IMG/VR virus record: IMGVR_UViG_3300044606_000240
Location: 1-51,301 of that record
DNA length: 51,301 nucleotides
DNA from: a virus
Taxonomy: Duplodnaviria > Caudoviricetes
Reading direction: 5' to 3' (one strand)
Under the pieces are notes generated by a model. The model did no database searches. It was not told where the DNA came from and saw only the letters and a list, made by a program, of their open reading frames with translations. Made by a program: the position numbers and the translations under genes. This document shows positions 17,579 through 27,749 of the stretch, in pieces (the first letter of the stretch is position 1; every line of letters begins with the position of its first letter).

Positions 17579-17619
17579 TGTGATAGTTAATATAAAACAC
17601 TTAAAGGAGATTATCGGGA

Positions 17620-17865
17620 GTGAATCTAAATAATAAATTTCAGAGTGCATTATCCGGTATAAAATCCTTAGAGGGACAGTTTAAGGATAGGGTAGAAGCC
17701 GGGAGTAAGAATCCGTTAGATTATCATTATTTCTCATATTTCTCTGGTGTAAGGAATGGATTTAACTTTGTATGGCATGTATTGGATAATCATCTGACAG
17801 AGCAGGAATTTGATGAATTATTCGGAGATTTGACCAAAGCAGATATGAGTACGGAGGAAAAATGA
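17620..17865 (+). CDS. hypothetical protein
   Basis: GTG start, AAGGAG upstream. Confidence 0.7.
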   Translation: MNLNNKFQSALSGIKSLEGQFKDRVEAGSKNPLDYHYFSYFSGVRNGFNFVWHVLDNHLTEQEFDELFGDLTKADMSTEEK

Positions 17866-17956
17866 AAGTACTTCCTTTCCTGTGGATAGCCTTCCTGCTG
17901 ATATTAGCAAAAATACTGGCTAATTGGTTATATGATTTAACCTATAAGAGGAAAAA

Positions 17957-18094
17957 ATGATATACGAATATAAATGTACTGAGTGCGGACATAAGTTTGA
18001 GGTAACAGCTAAGGTAAATGATCCGCCTCCTCAGTGTCCTGAATGTTCTGGTGTTGTAAAGAGATTATTATCAAGGTTTAATTTCAGAGTATAG
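17957..18094 (+). CDS. FmdB-like zinc-ribbon protein (45 aa, not in ORF track)
   Basis: MIYEYKCTECGHKFE...CPECSG..KRLLS; GAGG SD. Confidence 0.85.
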   Translation: MIYEYKCTECGHKFEVTAKVNDPPPQCPECSGVVKRLLSRFNFRV

Positions 18095-18095
18095 T

Positions 18096-18260
18096 ATGGC
18101 AAAGGAAAAGAAGAAACAGTTAAGTAAGAGTGAAGAGGAACAGAGAAAAGCTTTAATGGCAATGACTAAGGAAGAGCTTGTGGATATGTTGCTATTAAGC
18201 TGGAATGTTAAGCAGGAGACGACAGATGGAGATATTGACCAGGAGGATTGGGAAGGGTAG
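18096..18260 (+). CDS. small hypothetical protein (54 aa, not in ORF track)
   Basis: MAKEKKK...LMAMTKEELVDML; starts 1 nt after upstream stop. Confidence 0.6.
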   Translation: MAKEKKKQLSKSEEEQRKALMAMTKEELVDMLLLSWNVKQETTDGDIDQEDWEG

Positions 18261-19074
18261 AGGGCCAAAGTATACAGCTTATATATATACTAAGGAGGAA
18301 GCAGATTCTCTTGGAATAGAATATAAATTATGGAGAGATAAGGAAGTAAAACCCGGAGACTGGGTACTGACAGATGATGAATATGTTGGGCAGGTAAGAG
18401 ATATACGTATATATAACAATAAGCAGAAACAGCCCAAACCTTTTATACTTACTACATTTGGCTGCCAGTGGGTGGCTCCTACTAATAAACTTACCTGGGA
18501 AGACAGAAGAGAAACGGGAGATTACTTTAATCCTATTCCGAGAGACTGGATAAAAAAAGAAGTTGCAAGGGCAAGAACCAAAAGGGTAATACAGCTATAT
18601 GCCAATATGATGCTGACAGGCAGAATTGATCTGCAGATATTGGGTAAAGCGTACAGACCTGATAGTTCAGATCCCGTAAGAACAGTGAAGAAGCTGTTAA
18701 GAAGAGAACAGGTAAAAAGTATGATAGATCAGGAATTACAGAGAATACTGGAAGAAAAAGGAATCACAAAACAATTTGTAATTGAAAAGATAGTAAAAGC
18801 TATTGAACTTGGGGAAAAGAGGGAAGACGGCTATTTACTGTTGAAAGGTGCAGATAAAATGGCAGATTATCTTGAAATGCAGCCGGGTAAGACCAAAGTA
18901 ACTGAGCAGATAGAGACCAATACTATCTTCAAGAGTATAGGTGATGCTATTGAAAAGAGCGACCAGTTAAAGCTTACCAGAAGCAAGGAGATACCTGCTC
19001 TTACAGTACATGCTGCTTCACAGATAGAAAAAGTAGAAGCTAAATTACCAAATGAAGGAGTTCAGAATGAGTAG
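18226..19074 (+). CDS. putative terminase small subunit
   Basis: HTH-like KAY...KKLL..EQVKSMI then GITKQFVIEK helix; upstream of TerL; AGGAG SD. Confidence 0.6.
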   Translation: MEILTRRIGKGRGPKYTAYIYTKEEADSLGIEYKLWRDKEVKPGDWVLTDDEYVGQVRDIRIYNNKQKQPKPFILTTFGCQWVAPTNKLTWEDRRETGDYFNPIPRDWIKKEVARARTKRVIQLYANMMLTGRIDLQILGKAYRPDSSDPVRTVKKLLRREQVKSMIDQELQRILEEKGITKQFVIEKIVKAIELGEKREDGYLLLKGADKMADYLEMQPGKTKVTEQIETNTIFKSIGDAIEKSDQLKLTRSKEIPALTVHAASQIEKVEAKLPNEGVQNE

Positions 19075-19264
19075 TGCTAATGAAACTATGGAATATGTAT
19101 TAAGCATGCTATTGAAAGAAAAAGATGCTGTTACGGCAGAATACTGGGCATCAGCAGCTAATAAGCTTGCCGGGATAATAGAATCAGAATCCAGGATAGC
19201 ATTAAATAAACAACAGGAACGGTTTACACAACTGCAAATAGAAGCTAAAAAGGAGTCTGAATAA
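19052..19264 (+). CDS. hypothetical protein
   Basis: helical ORF coupled to the next gene. Confidence 0.65.
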   Translation: MKEFRMSSANETMEYVLSMLLKEKDAVTAEYWASAANKLAGIIESESRIALNKQQERFTQLQIEAKKESE

Positions 19265-19725
19265 TGAAAGTATTAGAGAATGGTTATCGTTATTTGCTTG
19301 AATCGGCAGAAGGTACCAATGACCAGCAGCTGCAGTTTATAGAGAGAGTTAAATGGGAACAGGTACCGCATACAGCAGATGAAGTACCGGTAGATGGGTA
19401 TATAACTAAAACAGATGGTGTATATAATGAAGAGTTGATTAAGGTACTTATACACAGAATGAATGTACAGAACAGTAAAGAGTTCTCCCCGGAAACAAAG
19501 CAGGCTATTGAGTATTTGGAACAGGCATACCAGGTATTAAAAGTAAGGGAATTAAGAAAGCAGACAGATTTTAAACCTAAACCTGCAACTGTAAATTACA
19601 GAGATACTATCCAGTTTGTAAATAATTACTGGAGGGTAAACCAGGAAGTTGGTTATCCGGTGGCACCATACGGAACTCTGCAAACAGTAGGGGCAGCTGA
19701 TGAAGTGGACAGAGGACAAATTTAA
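19264..19725 (+). CDS. protein with Acb2/Tad1-like helical hairpin
   Basis: LQFI...DGVYNEELIKVLIHRM...ETKQAIEYLEQAYQVLKVR pattern. Confidence 0.5.
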   Translation: MKVLENGYRYLLESAEGTNDQQLQFIERVKWEQVPHTADEVPVDGYITKTDGVYNEELIKVLIHRMNVQNSKEFSPETKQAIEYLEQAYQVLKVRELRKQTDFKPKPATVNYRDTIQFVNNYWRVNQEVGYPVAPYGTLQTVGAADEVDRGQI

Positions 19726-20026
19726 TATAATCATATCTTTTGAGGGGAGAGACTGGGGCAGTGGTATGGCAAGAGCTATGATAGATGCTATTAAATCACT
19801 GCCCTATGGGCATAGAAAATATAATGCAGACAGGAAAGACTGGACTATAGTTAACGATAAGAATTATAAAGAGCGGCTGATGGCTGTTAGAAATAGTTTT
19901 AAGAAAGATGAATATGGTGATTTTGATGTTGATAAATGGTGGCATGAAATAGAGGAGAAAAATGGGCAAGCCGATAATACTGGAACCGAAATTCGAACTG
20001 GGGCAGGAAGTCAGATCAGTACTTAA
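19700..20026 (+). CDS. HARP-like small protein
   Basis: IDAIKSLP...RKYNADRKDW. Confidence 0.5.
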   Translation: MKWTEDKFNIIISFEGRDWGSGMARAMIDAIKSLPYGHRKYNADRKDWTIVNDKNYKERLMAVRNSFKKDEYGDFDVDKWWHEIEEKNGQADNTGTEIRTGAGSQIST

Positions 20027-20171
20027 TGCTGAGTGTCATTACCTGGTTGTAGCATACAGGATAGAGCAGGTTAAAGATGGAATAGCAACGCTGATACTTT
20101 ATCTGTGTAATGATACGAGCAAAGATGGTTCGCTATATGTTTATAAGGAATATGAAATAGAGAGTCTATGA
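19962..20171 (+). CDS. hypothetical protein
   Basis: PKFELGQEV...YKEYEI; GAGGAG SD; ATGA overlap with TerL. Confidence 0.7.
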   Translation: MGKPIILEPKFELGQEVRSVLNAECHYLVVAYRIEQVKDGIATLILYLCNDTSKDGSLYVYKEYEIESL

Positions 20172-21745
20172 ATAAAGCAGATGTCCTTCGGAGAATGGAG
20201 AAGGATCTGCTCTTAACTGGCCGCATAATCTCACCTAAAACTTTTTACATAGATTCTCCTCCTGTACATTACGAGATACAGGATAAGGTATTAGATACCG
20301 GTATAAAATATCTTAATATAATTGCTCCCAGGGGATTGGCCAAATCATCACTGGTAGCTGAAAATGAATCATTACATCATATTTTCCTTGAAGAGATCAA
20401 CTGGGAAGGAATTAAAGACAGTAATGATTTTGACATAGCTAAAGTAGCAGCTCCAAAGTTTGTTATAATAGTATCCAAGACACAGGGGAATGCTATTAAC
20501 AGGCTCCAGGCAATTAAGGATATACTTGATTATTCAATGGAGTTCAGAGCTATCTTTGGCTATTGGGGAGAGCACAGTGCCCGTACATGGCGTAATGATA
20601 TGATAGAGCTGAAGAATGGCTCTTGTATCATGGCGAAGGGTATGGGGCAGGCTATAAGGGGAATTAAGCATCTATATATGCGTCCCAGTCTTATAATCCT
20701 GGATGACCCGGAAGATGAAAACAATACCAAAACATCTGAGGCAATGGATGACAATATGCGCTGGCTGTTGCAGGCTGCTGTTCCTGCATTGGATGCACAC
20801 AGGGGAAGACTTATAGTTATTGGTACTCCATTGCATGAAAGATGTATGGTATTTACGCTTAAAAAGCTGGATAACTGGACTACTCTTCATTACAGTTATA
20901 TAAATACAGATGCTGATGGAAACCAGTATTCTCTGTGGCCAGGAATGAAAACAGTAGAAGAGCTGCTGGAAGAAAAGAAAGCTTATGAGAGTATAGGCAA
21001 AGTATCTGCATGGTATAAAGAGAGACAATGTGAAGTCATAGGTGATGAGTCCAGATTGTTTAGAGAAGATATGCTTATGTACTATAGGGGAAACCTGATG
21101 GTAGAAGGAGAAAATCATTTCCTGCAACTGGAAGGAGTCTGGGGATATAATCAAAAGCCTATAATCTGGGATGAACCAAAGGTGGTGCCAGTGAATGTAT
21201 TCACCGGTATTGATCCCGCTACTTCTACCTCTTCTTCTGCTGACTATTTTGCCATTGTACATACTGCTATTGATGCTAATAACGACAGGTATATATTACC
21301 CTATGTTAGACGCAGAATGCCGCCAACAGAGGCTATACAGACCATTATAAATGAATACAATAAAGTCAGAAGTAACAGGGTAAGTATAGAAACGGTACAG
21401 GCACAGGAAACATTCAGAGATATACTGCGCAACCTGGAAGGAGTTTATATACCCGGATTGGCTAAAAAGCATAACTACAGGGAAGGCAAAGCTGGCAGGT
21501 ATAAGGATGAAATAGAAGGGCTGGAACCATTCTTTTACAAGCATAAGGTGTTCCTGAGAGAGGATCAGCAGACCTTAGTGGACGAGCTATTAATGTTCCC
21601 GCAGGGGAGCCATGATGATCTTCTGGATGCCATATATCTTTCGTTTAAAGGTGCTTATACACCTGCAAGCAACGAAAAACAGGAGATTAAACGAATACCC
21701 TTACAGCAAAAGCTTAAACAAAGCAAAGGATGGCTTACTGCCTGA
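20168..21745 (+). CDS. terL: terminase large subunit
   Basis: APRGLAKS Walker A, LIILDDPE Walker B, IGTP, nuclease GIDPA and HDDLLDA. Confidence 0.95.
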   Translation: MNKADVLRRMEKDLLLTGRIISPKTFYIDSPPVHYEIQDKVLDTGIKYLNIIAPRGLAKSSLVAENESLHHIFLEEINWEGIKDSNDFDIAKVAAPKFVIIVSKTQGNAINRLQAIKDILDYSMEFRAIFGYWGEHSARTWRNDMIELKNGSCIMAKGMGQAIRGIKHLYMRPSLIILDDPEDENNTKTSEAMDDNMRWLLQAAVPALDAHRGRLIVIGTPLHERCMVFTLKKLDNWTTLHYSYINTDADGNQYSLWPGMKTVEELLEEKKAYESIGKVSAWYKERQCEVIGDESRLFREDMLMYYRGNLMVEGENHFLQLEGVWGYNQKPIIWDEPKVVPVNVFTGIDPATSTSSSADYFAIVHTAIDANNDRYILPYVRRRMPPTEAIQTIINEYNKVRSNRVSIETVQAQETFRDILRNLEGVYIPGLAKKHNYREGKAGRYKDEIEGLEPFFYKHKVFLREDQQTLVDELLMFPQGSHDDLLDAIYLSFKGAYTPASNEKQEIKRIPLQQKLKQSKGWLTA

Positions 21746-21782
21746 TAGTGTATGATAGTGTTAATAAATTACTTTAAGTAAC

Positions 21783-21811
21783 TTGATTTAAATATATATA
21801 TTATATATATT
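21783..21811 (+). promoter_or_regulatory. putative promoter for head genes
   Basis: TTGATT-N17-TATATT, with the same ACTTGA...TATATTT context as the 17.5-kb pair. Confidence 0.5.
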
Positions 21812-21826
21812 TACGTCATAGATTTT

Positions 21827-24034
21827 ATGAATATATTAAGAGACGATGTATTGGCAGGGGATAATCAGATAGTAACTGGCTATAAGAAAACAGAAGATGT
21901 TGCTTTATCGGAGCAGTTGCTGGACGAATATAGCGGTGGTAAACGTGCTTCCTGGGCAGAACAGGCAAAACAGGATGATGATTTCAGGCATGGAAACCAA
22001 TGGACAGACGAGGCTAAGCGTGTATTGGAGGGGAGGGATCAGTCTCCCATAGTAGTGAATGTTATACAGCCCGCAGTAGAGTTTGCTGTTGCTGCCCTTA
22101 CCACCAACAAGCCGAGATTTACTTCTACAGGCAGAGAAGATTCCGATACACGGACGGGGAAGGTCTTCTCTGATCTGCTTACTTACGTCTGGGATATATC
22201 TAATGGCAATATGGAACTCAAGCAGACTATTGATGATTATTATGTCAAAGGTATGGGACTGCAATTGGCTTATGTTGATCCGTATGCTGACATGGGTAAA
22301 GGTGAAGTTAAGATTACCAGCATTGATCCGCTGGATGTTTATATCGATCCAAACAGCAAAGACAGATTGTGCCAGGATGCTGCTCATATACTTATCGTTA
22401 AGAAACTTACTAAAGAGCTGATACTCAGATGTTATCCTTTAATGAGGGGTAAGCTAAAGCTTGCTGTTCAGTCAGAAGAAGACAGAACTCCCACTACAAA
22501 CAGAGTAGGATTAACATCCGAGGAAATTGATGTAACAGATAGTTACCATGAGCATTATGAGGTAATTGACAGGTACAGTAAAATCAAACTTGAAAGATAT
22601 AAAGTATATGATACGTCTGCTGATAAAGAATACCTGTTCAATGATGCTGAGTTTAAAGAGTTTTTACAGAAGCCTGCTTTTATACTGCTTAGTGAGTTTG
22701 GAGAGCCGCAATATGTTACTACTGGAACTGCTGTTGAAGAAGCTGTACAGATGTTTGAGCAGACAGGCGGTATTTATCATCAGGTTATTGATGAAGCAAG
22801 CCAGCAGCCGATGATAGTCCCCGGGGAAGCAGATGAAAATGCTATTCCGAATAGTGAAGTAGTAATGAAACCTGTTACAATGGCTGATTTAGTGCAGGAA
22901 GGAATTATACTTTATGCTCTTGTACTTACAGACCGGGTTAAACGGGTAATGAGTATAGGTGGATACGAACTATATAATCATATCATGGAAATAGAGGATT
23001 ATCCGGTAGTTCCATTTATGAACAGGCATAGAAGGAATCCTTTTCCTATGTCTGATGTAAGGTTCGTAAGACCTATCCAGGAATATGTAAATAAAATAAG
23101 AAGTTTGATTATAGCTCATGCTTCATCTTCTACAAATGTTAAGTTATTGATTCCAAGAGGTGCTGTTAATAAATCAGAAGTAGAACAGAATTGGGCTAAA
23201 GCAGGAACTGGTGTAATAGAATTTGATGCAGAAATTGGTACTCCTATAATCGTTGGGCCTGTACCATTACCAAATGAACTCTACAAGAATGAAGCAGATG
23301 CAAGGAAAGATATACAGGAAATACTTGGTGTATATACCACTATGTATGGAGATCCTTCTTCTGCTCCTGATACTTATAAAGGCACTGTGGCTCTGGATGA
23401 ATATGGTCAGAGGAGAATTAAATCCAAGCAGGACGATATAGAGCAGGCTCTTAATCAATTGGCAAAAGTAGTGGTACAACTTATACAGATTACTTATACA
23501 GAGCAGAAAGTTGTAAGGCTGTTAAGACCCAATAATGCTCCTATGGAAATAGCTATTAATATACCAATCTATGATGATATAACCGGTAATGTAAAAGATA
23601 TTATCAATGATGTAACTGTTGGTAAGTATGATGTAGTGGTAGTATCTGGTTCTATGCTTCCATCTAACAGGTGGGCACAGTTTGAATACTATATGCAGAT
23701 GTATGAGAGGGGTTTAATTGACCAGATAGAAGTACTAAAGAAAACAGAACTCGTTGATATCGAAGGTGTACTTAACAGGCACAATATTATACTCCAGATG
23801 CAGCAGCAGATACAGTCAATGGCAGATGAAATTAAGACTCTTGAAGGTGATTTGCAGACAGCAGAAAGAGAATCTGTAAATGACAGGAAGAGACTGGAAG
23901 TAGAGAAATTTAAAGCAAGGTTAAGTTCAATGTCCAGCAGGGCAGAAGCTGCAGTACAGATGTATCAGAAAGAGCTGGATATGGAAGTAAAGATGACAAG
24001 GCAGGAAATTAAGAGTGGAAATACCAAGAAATAA
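21827..24034 (+). CDS. portal protein (P22-like)
   Basis: F..GNQW, N.I.P, YIDP, Q..VNK.RS motifs, C-terminal coiled coil; follows TerL. Confidence 0.92.
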   Translation: MNILRDDVLAGDNQIVTGYKKTEDVALSEQLLDEYSGGKRASWAEQAKQDDDFRHGNQWTDEAKRVLEGRDQSPIVVNVIQPAVEFAVAALTTNKPRFTSTGREDSDTRTGKVFSDLLTYVWDISNGNMELKQTIDDYYVKGMGLQLAYVDPYADMGKGEVKITSIDPLDVYIDPNSKDRLCQDAAHILIVKKLTKELILRCYPLMRGKLKLAVQSEEDRTPTTNRVGLTSEEIDVTDSYHEHYEVIDRYSKIKLERYKVYDTSADKEYLFNDAEFKEFLQKPAFILLSEFGEPQYVTTGTAVEEAVQMFEQTGGIYHQVIDEASQQPMIVPGEADENAIPNSEVVMKPVTMADLVQEGIILYALVLTDRVKRVMSIGGYELYNHIMEIEDYPVVPFMNRHRRNPFPMSDVRFVRPIQEYVNKIRSLIIAHASSSTNVKLLIPRGAVNKSEVEQNWAKAGTGVIEFDAEIGTPIIVGPVPLPNELYKNEADARKDIQEILGVYTTMYGDPSSAPDTYKGTVALDEYGQRRIKSKQDDIEQALNQLAKVVVQLIQITYTEQKVVRLLRPNNAPMEIAINIPIYDDITGNVKDIINDVTVGKYDVVVVSGSMLPSNRWAQFEYYMQMYERGLIDQIEVLKKTELVDIEGVLNRHNIILQMQQQIQSMADEIKTLEGDLQTAERESVNDRKRLEVEKFKARLSSMSSRAEAAVQMYQKELDMEVKMTRQEIKSGNTKK

Positions 24035-24707
24035 TAAAAGGTTATCAATCTTTGATGCGCCTATAGAAGAGGAAGTTACCCGGGCATCAACTCCGGTTGT
24101 GGAAGTTAAAGAAGATTATGTGCCAAGAACTAATTATACCGGGATGTCTTTTAAGAAAGCATTTTCTTCTGCAAGACAGGCGGGACTTGATATTTTTACA
24201 TGGAATGGCAAAAAGTACACTACCCAATTGGCAGAAGAAACTAAAAAGCCTAATAAAGTAGGTGCACAGGTAAGTGGGAAAACTCCACAATATAAATCAG
24301 TGCAGGGTACTCTAAGAGAACCTCGGGATGATTTTCTTCAAACAGCAGAAGCAGATGCTTCAAGGCCGAGAGAAGAGGGAAGTGGCGCTTATGGTAAGAT
24401 GGCGACAGATATAGGTGAGACAGCTATCAATATGCTATTGGCTGGCGGAGCACCATCTACAGCAGCAAGTAAGTTATTATTTAATACAAAGGGTGCTAAA
24501 TATTTGCCGGATGCATTTCAAATGCTGACAGAAGCAGAAAAGATGGGAAAGAATTTTAATCCTGTTATAAAATTATTGAGAGAACAATTAGTCAATGCCA
24601 GAACTCCTGCACAGGTAGCAAAGATTAAACAACAGTTACAAAGAGCAATGGAAGCACAGGAAGCAGTATCGGAATTCGGTGCTTTTTCCAAGGGTTTAAC
24701 ATTTTAA
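24015..24707 (+). CDS. hypothetical (possible virion) protein
   Basis: short module SFKKAFSSAR..G...FTWNGKKYTT; between portal and scaffold. Confidence 0.65.
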   Translation: MEIPRNNKRLSIFDAPIEEEVTRASTPVVEVKEDYVPRTNYTGMSFKKAFSSARQAGLDIFTWNGKKYTTQLAEETKKPNKVGAQVSGKTPQYKSVQGTLREPRDDFLQTAEADASRPREEGSGAYGKMATDIGETAINMLLAGGAPSTAASKLLFNTKGAKYLPDAFQMLTEAEKMGKNFNPVIKLLREQLVNARTPAQVAKIKQQLQRAMEAQEAVSEFGAFSKGLTF

Positions 24708-24716
24708 AGGAATATT

Positions 24717-25589
24717 ATGCCAGATACGATTAATGATACTCAGACACAGGCTGATGACGGACAGCAGGATTTATTTGCAGATATATTTTCAGATAATGCA
24801 CAGACTACAGATGCAGACAGCGATAACGGAGATCATCTTACAGATGTTTATACTGATGATACGGAGAGTAACCAGCAGCAGCAGGAACAAACTCAGGCTA
24901 ATGATACGGAAGATCCGAAGTATAAAGCACTACAGGATGAACTCGAATCTTATCGTACTTATGTGCCGATAGCCAGGTATCTCCAGGCTAATCCACAGGC
25001 ATTGAATATACTGCATGAACAGCTAAGTAATACTGCAAAAGAACCAGAGGTTCCGAAGCTTGAAAGACCTCAAAGACCGGTAAAGCCTTCTAACTATGAT
25101 GCTCTTGATGATAATCCTGAATCAGAAAGCTATAAGTACAGGCAGGCTATGGAGGAATATCCCGTAAGACTGGCTGAATATACAGAAACTATTTACAATG
25201 AGAAACAGCAGAAAATAGAAGAAATGCTGCAGCAGCAGGAAGCTGAAAGACAGCAGACAGAACAATTAAAAAGTATATATGGGGAAGTGACTTCCAAACA
25301 TGGATTAAACGCACAGGAAGCGCAGGAATTTTTAAAGTTTATAAAAGATCCAAATTCGGTAACTACCGACAGTTTAGTTCAACTCTTTAAGCTCAAAAAA
25401 GCACCAGATAAAAGTGCTGCTCAAACTCAAAAGAAAATAAATGAGTTTCAAAAAAGGACTGAGCGTACCGCATCTCCGTTGCCTGCTGGCGTACAACCCG
25501 GCCAGAGCGCTTCGCAGTATGATGAAAATGACCAGTTCTCTTTAGGCCTGCTAAGACAAGGCAATAGAGCTAAGTATGGCGGGTATTAA
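24717..25589 (+). CDS. putative scaffolding protein
   Basis: acidic disordered N-terminus, coiled coil, precedes capsid gene. Confidence 0.75.
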   Translation: MPDTINDTQTQADDGQQDLFADIFSDNAQTTDADSDNGDHLTDVYTDDTESNQQQQEQTQANDTEDPKYKALQDELESYRTYVPIARYLQANPQALNILHEQLSNTAKEPEVPKLERPQRPVKPSNYDALDDNPESESYKYRQAMEEYPVRLAEYTETIYNEKQQKIEEMLQQQEAERQQTEQLKSIYGEVTSKHGLNAQEAQEFLKFIKDPNSVTTDSLVQLFKLKKAPDKSAAQTQKKINEFQKRTERTASPLPAGVQPGQSASQYDENDQFSLGLLRQGNRAKYGGY

Positions 25590-25617
25590 TAAGAACAACT
25601 AACAATAAGAGGAAACT

Positions 25618-25783
25618 ATGGCTGTTAAAGCTTTAGACAACAGTGGAGTATTATTCACTGACCGTAGGGACTTCTACATCAAACCGCAGGTAACAGCAGA
25701 ATTGTGGCCAAGTGTAAGTCCCTTTATAACCACATTGCTTGGGAAAGCTCCGAGAAAAACAAAAGATCCGGATTTTAAACTCT
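25618..25783 (+). CDS. major capsid protein exon 1 (not in ORF track)
   Basis: GAGG SD; MAVKALDNSG...VSPFITTLLGK...DPDFKL; ends in U that pairs with the intron guide sequence. Confidence 0.85.
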
Positions 25784-26562
25784 AAACGTTCTTGGAGTTG
25801 TAAAATCTGGCTATATGCTGGAAAGCCCTTAGAGCCTTGAAGACCGAAATGGTAACACTTTCAAGGATTGGGAAATCAGCAGGAAAGGAACAAAATGATA
25901 AAAACGAAAGAAGCAGCCTGGTTAGCAGGGATAATAGAAGGCGAAGGAAATTTAGATTTGAATCAGAGATGCGGACAGAAGAGGAAAGATGGAGGTACTT
26001 GGGCATGGAATCGCCCACGTATCATCGTTGGGAATACTGATGCTCGCATGATAATGGAAATTTCCCGAATATATGACAAAATAGGATGTAAATTCTGGTA
26101 TTCTTTACGTAATAAAACAGTAGACACTCACAGAGATTGTTTATTGATAATAACGATAGGAACCAGAAATGTAGCAAAGGTATTAGAAGCAATACTGCCG
26201 TTTATGATCTCAAAAAGAGAACAAGCTAAGATATTGCTGGATTATTGCCAGTGGAGAAATAGATGTAATGCCAATAATCAAAAGGGCATATCAATGGCAA
26301 TTAAAACTACTGGAAGAGAGTTAGTTCCAGAATATACCGAAGCTATAAGGGTTTTAAAATATGATTTGCCTAATATTCTGTCATTATCTCGCAAGGCTAA
26401 TGAGGTGCTTTGTGTTCCCATATCCTCAACGACTAATATGCCAGACATCCTTAAAGAAAAAAGGATGAAGATAGAGTCTGAACTATGCCGAGAGGCATAG
26501 AGTGGTAACTATGAAGTATGCCACCGCCATTATTTTGATAATGGTATTAAGTAACAATGTTG
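25784..26562 (+). mobile_element. group I intron (779 nt)
   Basis: P1 AACTCT/GGAGTT with U-G at splice site; P3 TCTGGC/GCCAGA; P ATGCTGGAAA, Q AATCAGCAGG, R TCAACGACTA, S AAGATAGAGTCT; terminal G; splicing restores frame (KLFEHR). Confidence 0.92.
25895..26500 (+). CDS. intron-encoded LAGLIDADG homing endonuclease
   Basis: single motif WLAGIIEGEG; LPFMISKREQA; purine-rich SD before ATG 25895. Confidence 0.9.
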   Translation: MIKTKEAAWLAGIIEGEGNLDLNQRCGQKRKDGGTWAWNRPRIIVGNTDARMIMEISRIYDKIGCKFWYSLRNKTVDTHRDCLLIITIGTRNVAKVLEAILPFMISKREQAKILLDYCQWRNRCNANNQKGISMAIKTTGRELVPEYTEAIRVLKYDLPNILSLSRKANEVLCVPISSTTNMPDILKEKRMKIESELCREA

Positions 26563-27731
26563 TCGAGCATAGAAGTGGTTTTCATAATCAAAAATTTGTA
26601 GTAAATGACAGTTCTATATCTGCCTGGTCTGCATCAGGTGCTCCCGGCGGAACAGCGACAGTAGACGCAGCAGATGGTATAGTGGGATTGTCTTCGAGTG
26701 TAGATTCCAGCTATCTCAATCTTACAGTTGAAATCTGGGATACTACTCTTTCTACATACAAAGGTTTGGCACTTATTACAGCAGTATCCAGTGGTGCTAT
26801 TACCTTCAAGTCTCTGGGTAATCCAAGGGCAACAGATAATATAGCATTAGCGCTGGCAGATAATGATGTATGCCTGGTAATCGGTAATGCATTTGGTGAA
26901 GGTACAGAAGCTCCTGATGCCTTTGCTGATGAATTACAGGTAGTCTATAATTCTACGCAGATATTTAAAACTGCTGTAGAAATTACAGGCACACTGTATG
27001 AAGCTGCACTCAGAGGCTACAGCAATGAACTTGCAAGGTTAAGAGGCGAGAAGAGTAAGGAGCATAAGATGCAAATGAACCAGACTCTTCTTAAGGGTGC
27101 AAGGGCTAATGGTATTGGTTCTACAGATTTAGCGGGAGATAATACTTCTACAGATTCATTTGCTACTCACGTTACAGATGCAAATGGCAAAACAGTTCGT
27201 ACCACAATGGGTGTTATACCTGCTATTTATAAGTATGGCACTACTTCCGGTGACAGCCAGAATATCTTTACAGTTGTAAAGAATGAATATGGTTATAAAA
27301 ACTTCGTAGAAGATACAGAAAAGCTGTTCCAGTATGTACCGGCAGATGGCGTTAAGAAAGCCGTTTGCGGTATGGGGCCGCTTTCATACTTCTCTACCTT
27401 GTCTGGTGGTGAAGGGTTTATGAAGAACTCCAAATGGAAAGTACAGATGTCTGAGTGGAAGACCAATAAGCTTGGATTTAATATACGTATACTTGAATCT
27501 CCGCATGGAATGATTGAGCTGGCATACGATCCTGCATTAAGGGGACAGTACAAAGATGCAATGGTTATCTATGACGAAGATAACTTAGATGTAGTACAGT
27601 ACCGTCCTATGAAATACCAGACCAATATCAAGACTGATAATGGTTACGATGGTATTAAGGATCAGTATTTTGCTGATATGGGTCTTGGTATTACCCTTAT
27701 TGAAGCTCATTCTGTTTGGAATTTCAGGTAA
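26563..27731 (+). CDS. major capsid protein exon 2 (spliced product 444 aa)
   Basis: GNAFGEG, YNSTQIFKTAVEITGT, ESPHG motifs typical of SU10/DUF5309-like capsids; position after scaffold. Confidence 0.88.
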
Positions 27732-27749
27732 GAGAGGAGGATAAAAGTA

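Noticed and set aside
26502-26562. ORF-track start of the capsid gene at 26502
   Set aside because: Lies inside the intron 3' end; the real start is 25618 in exon 1
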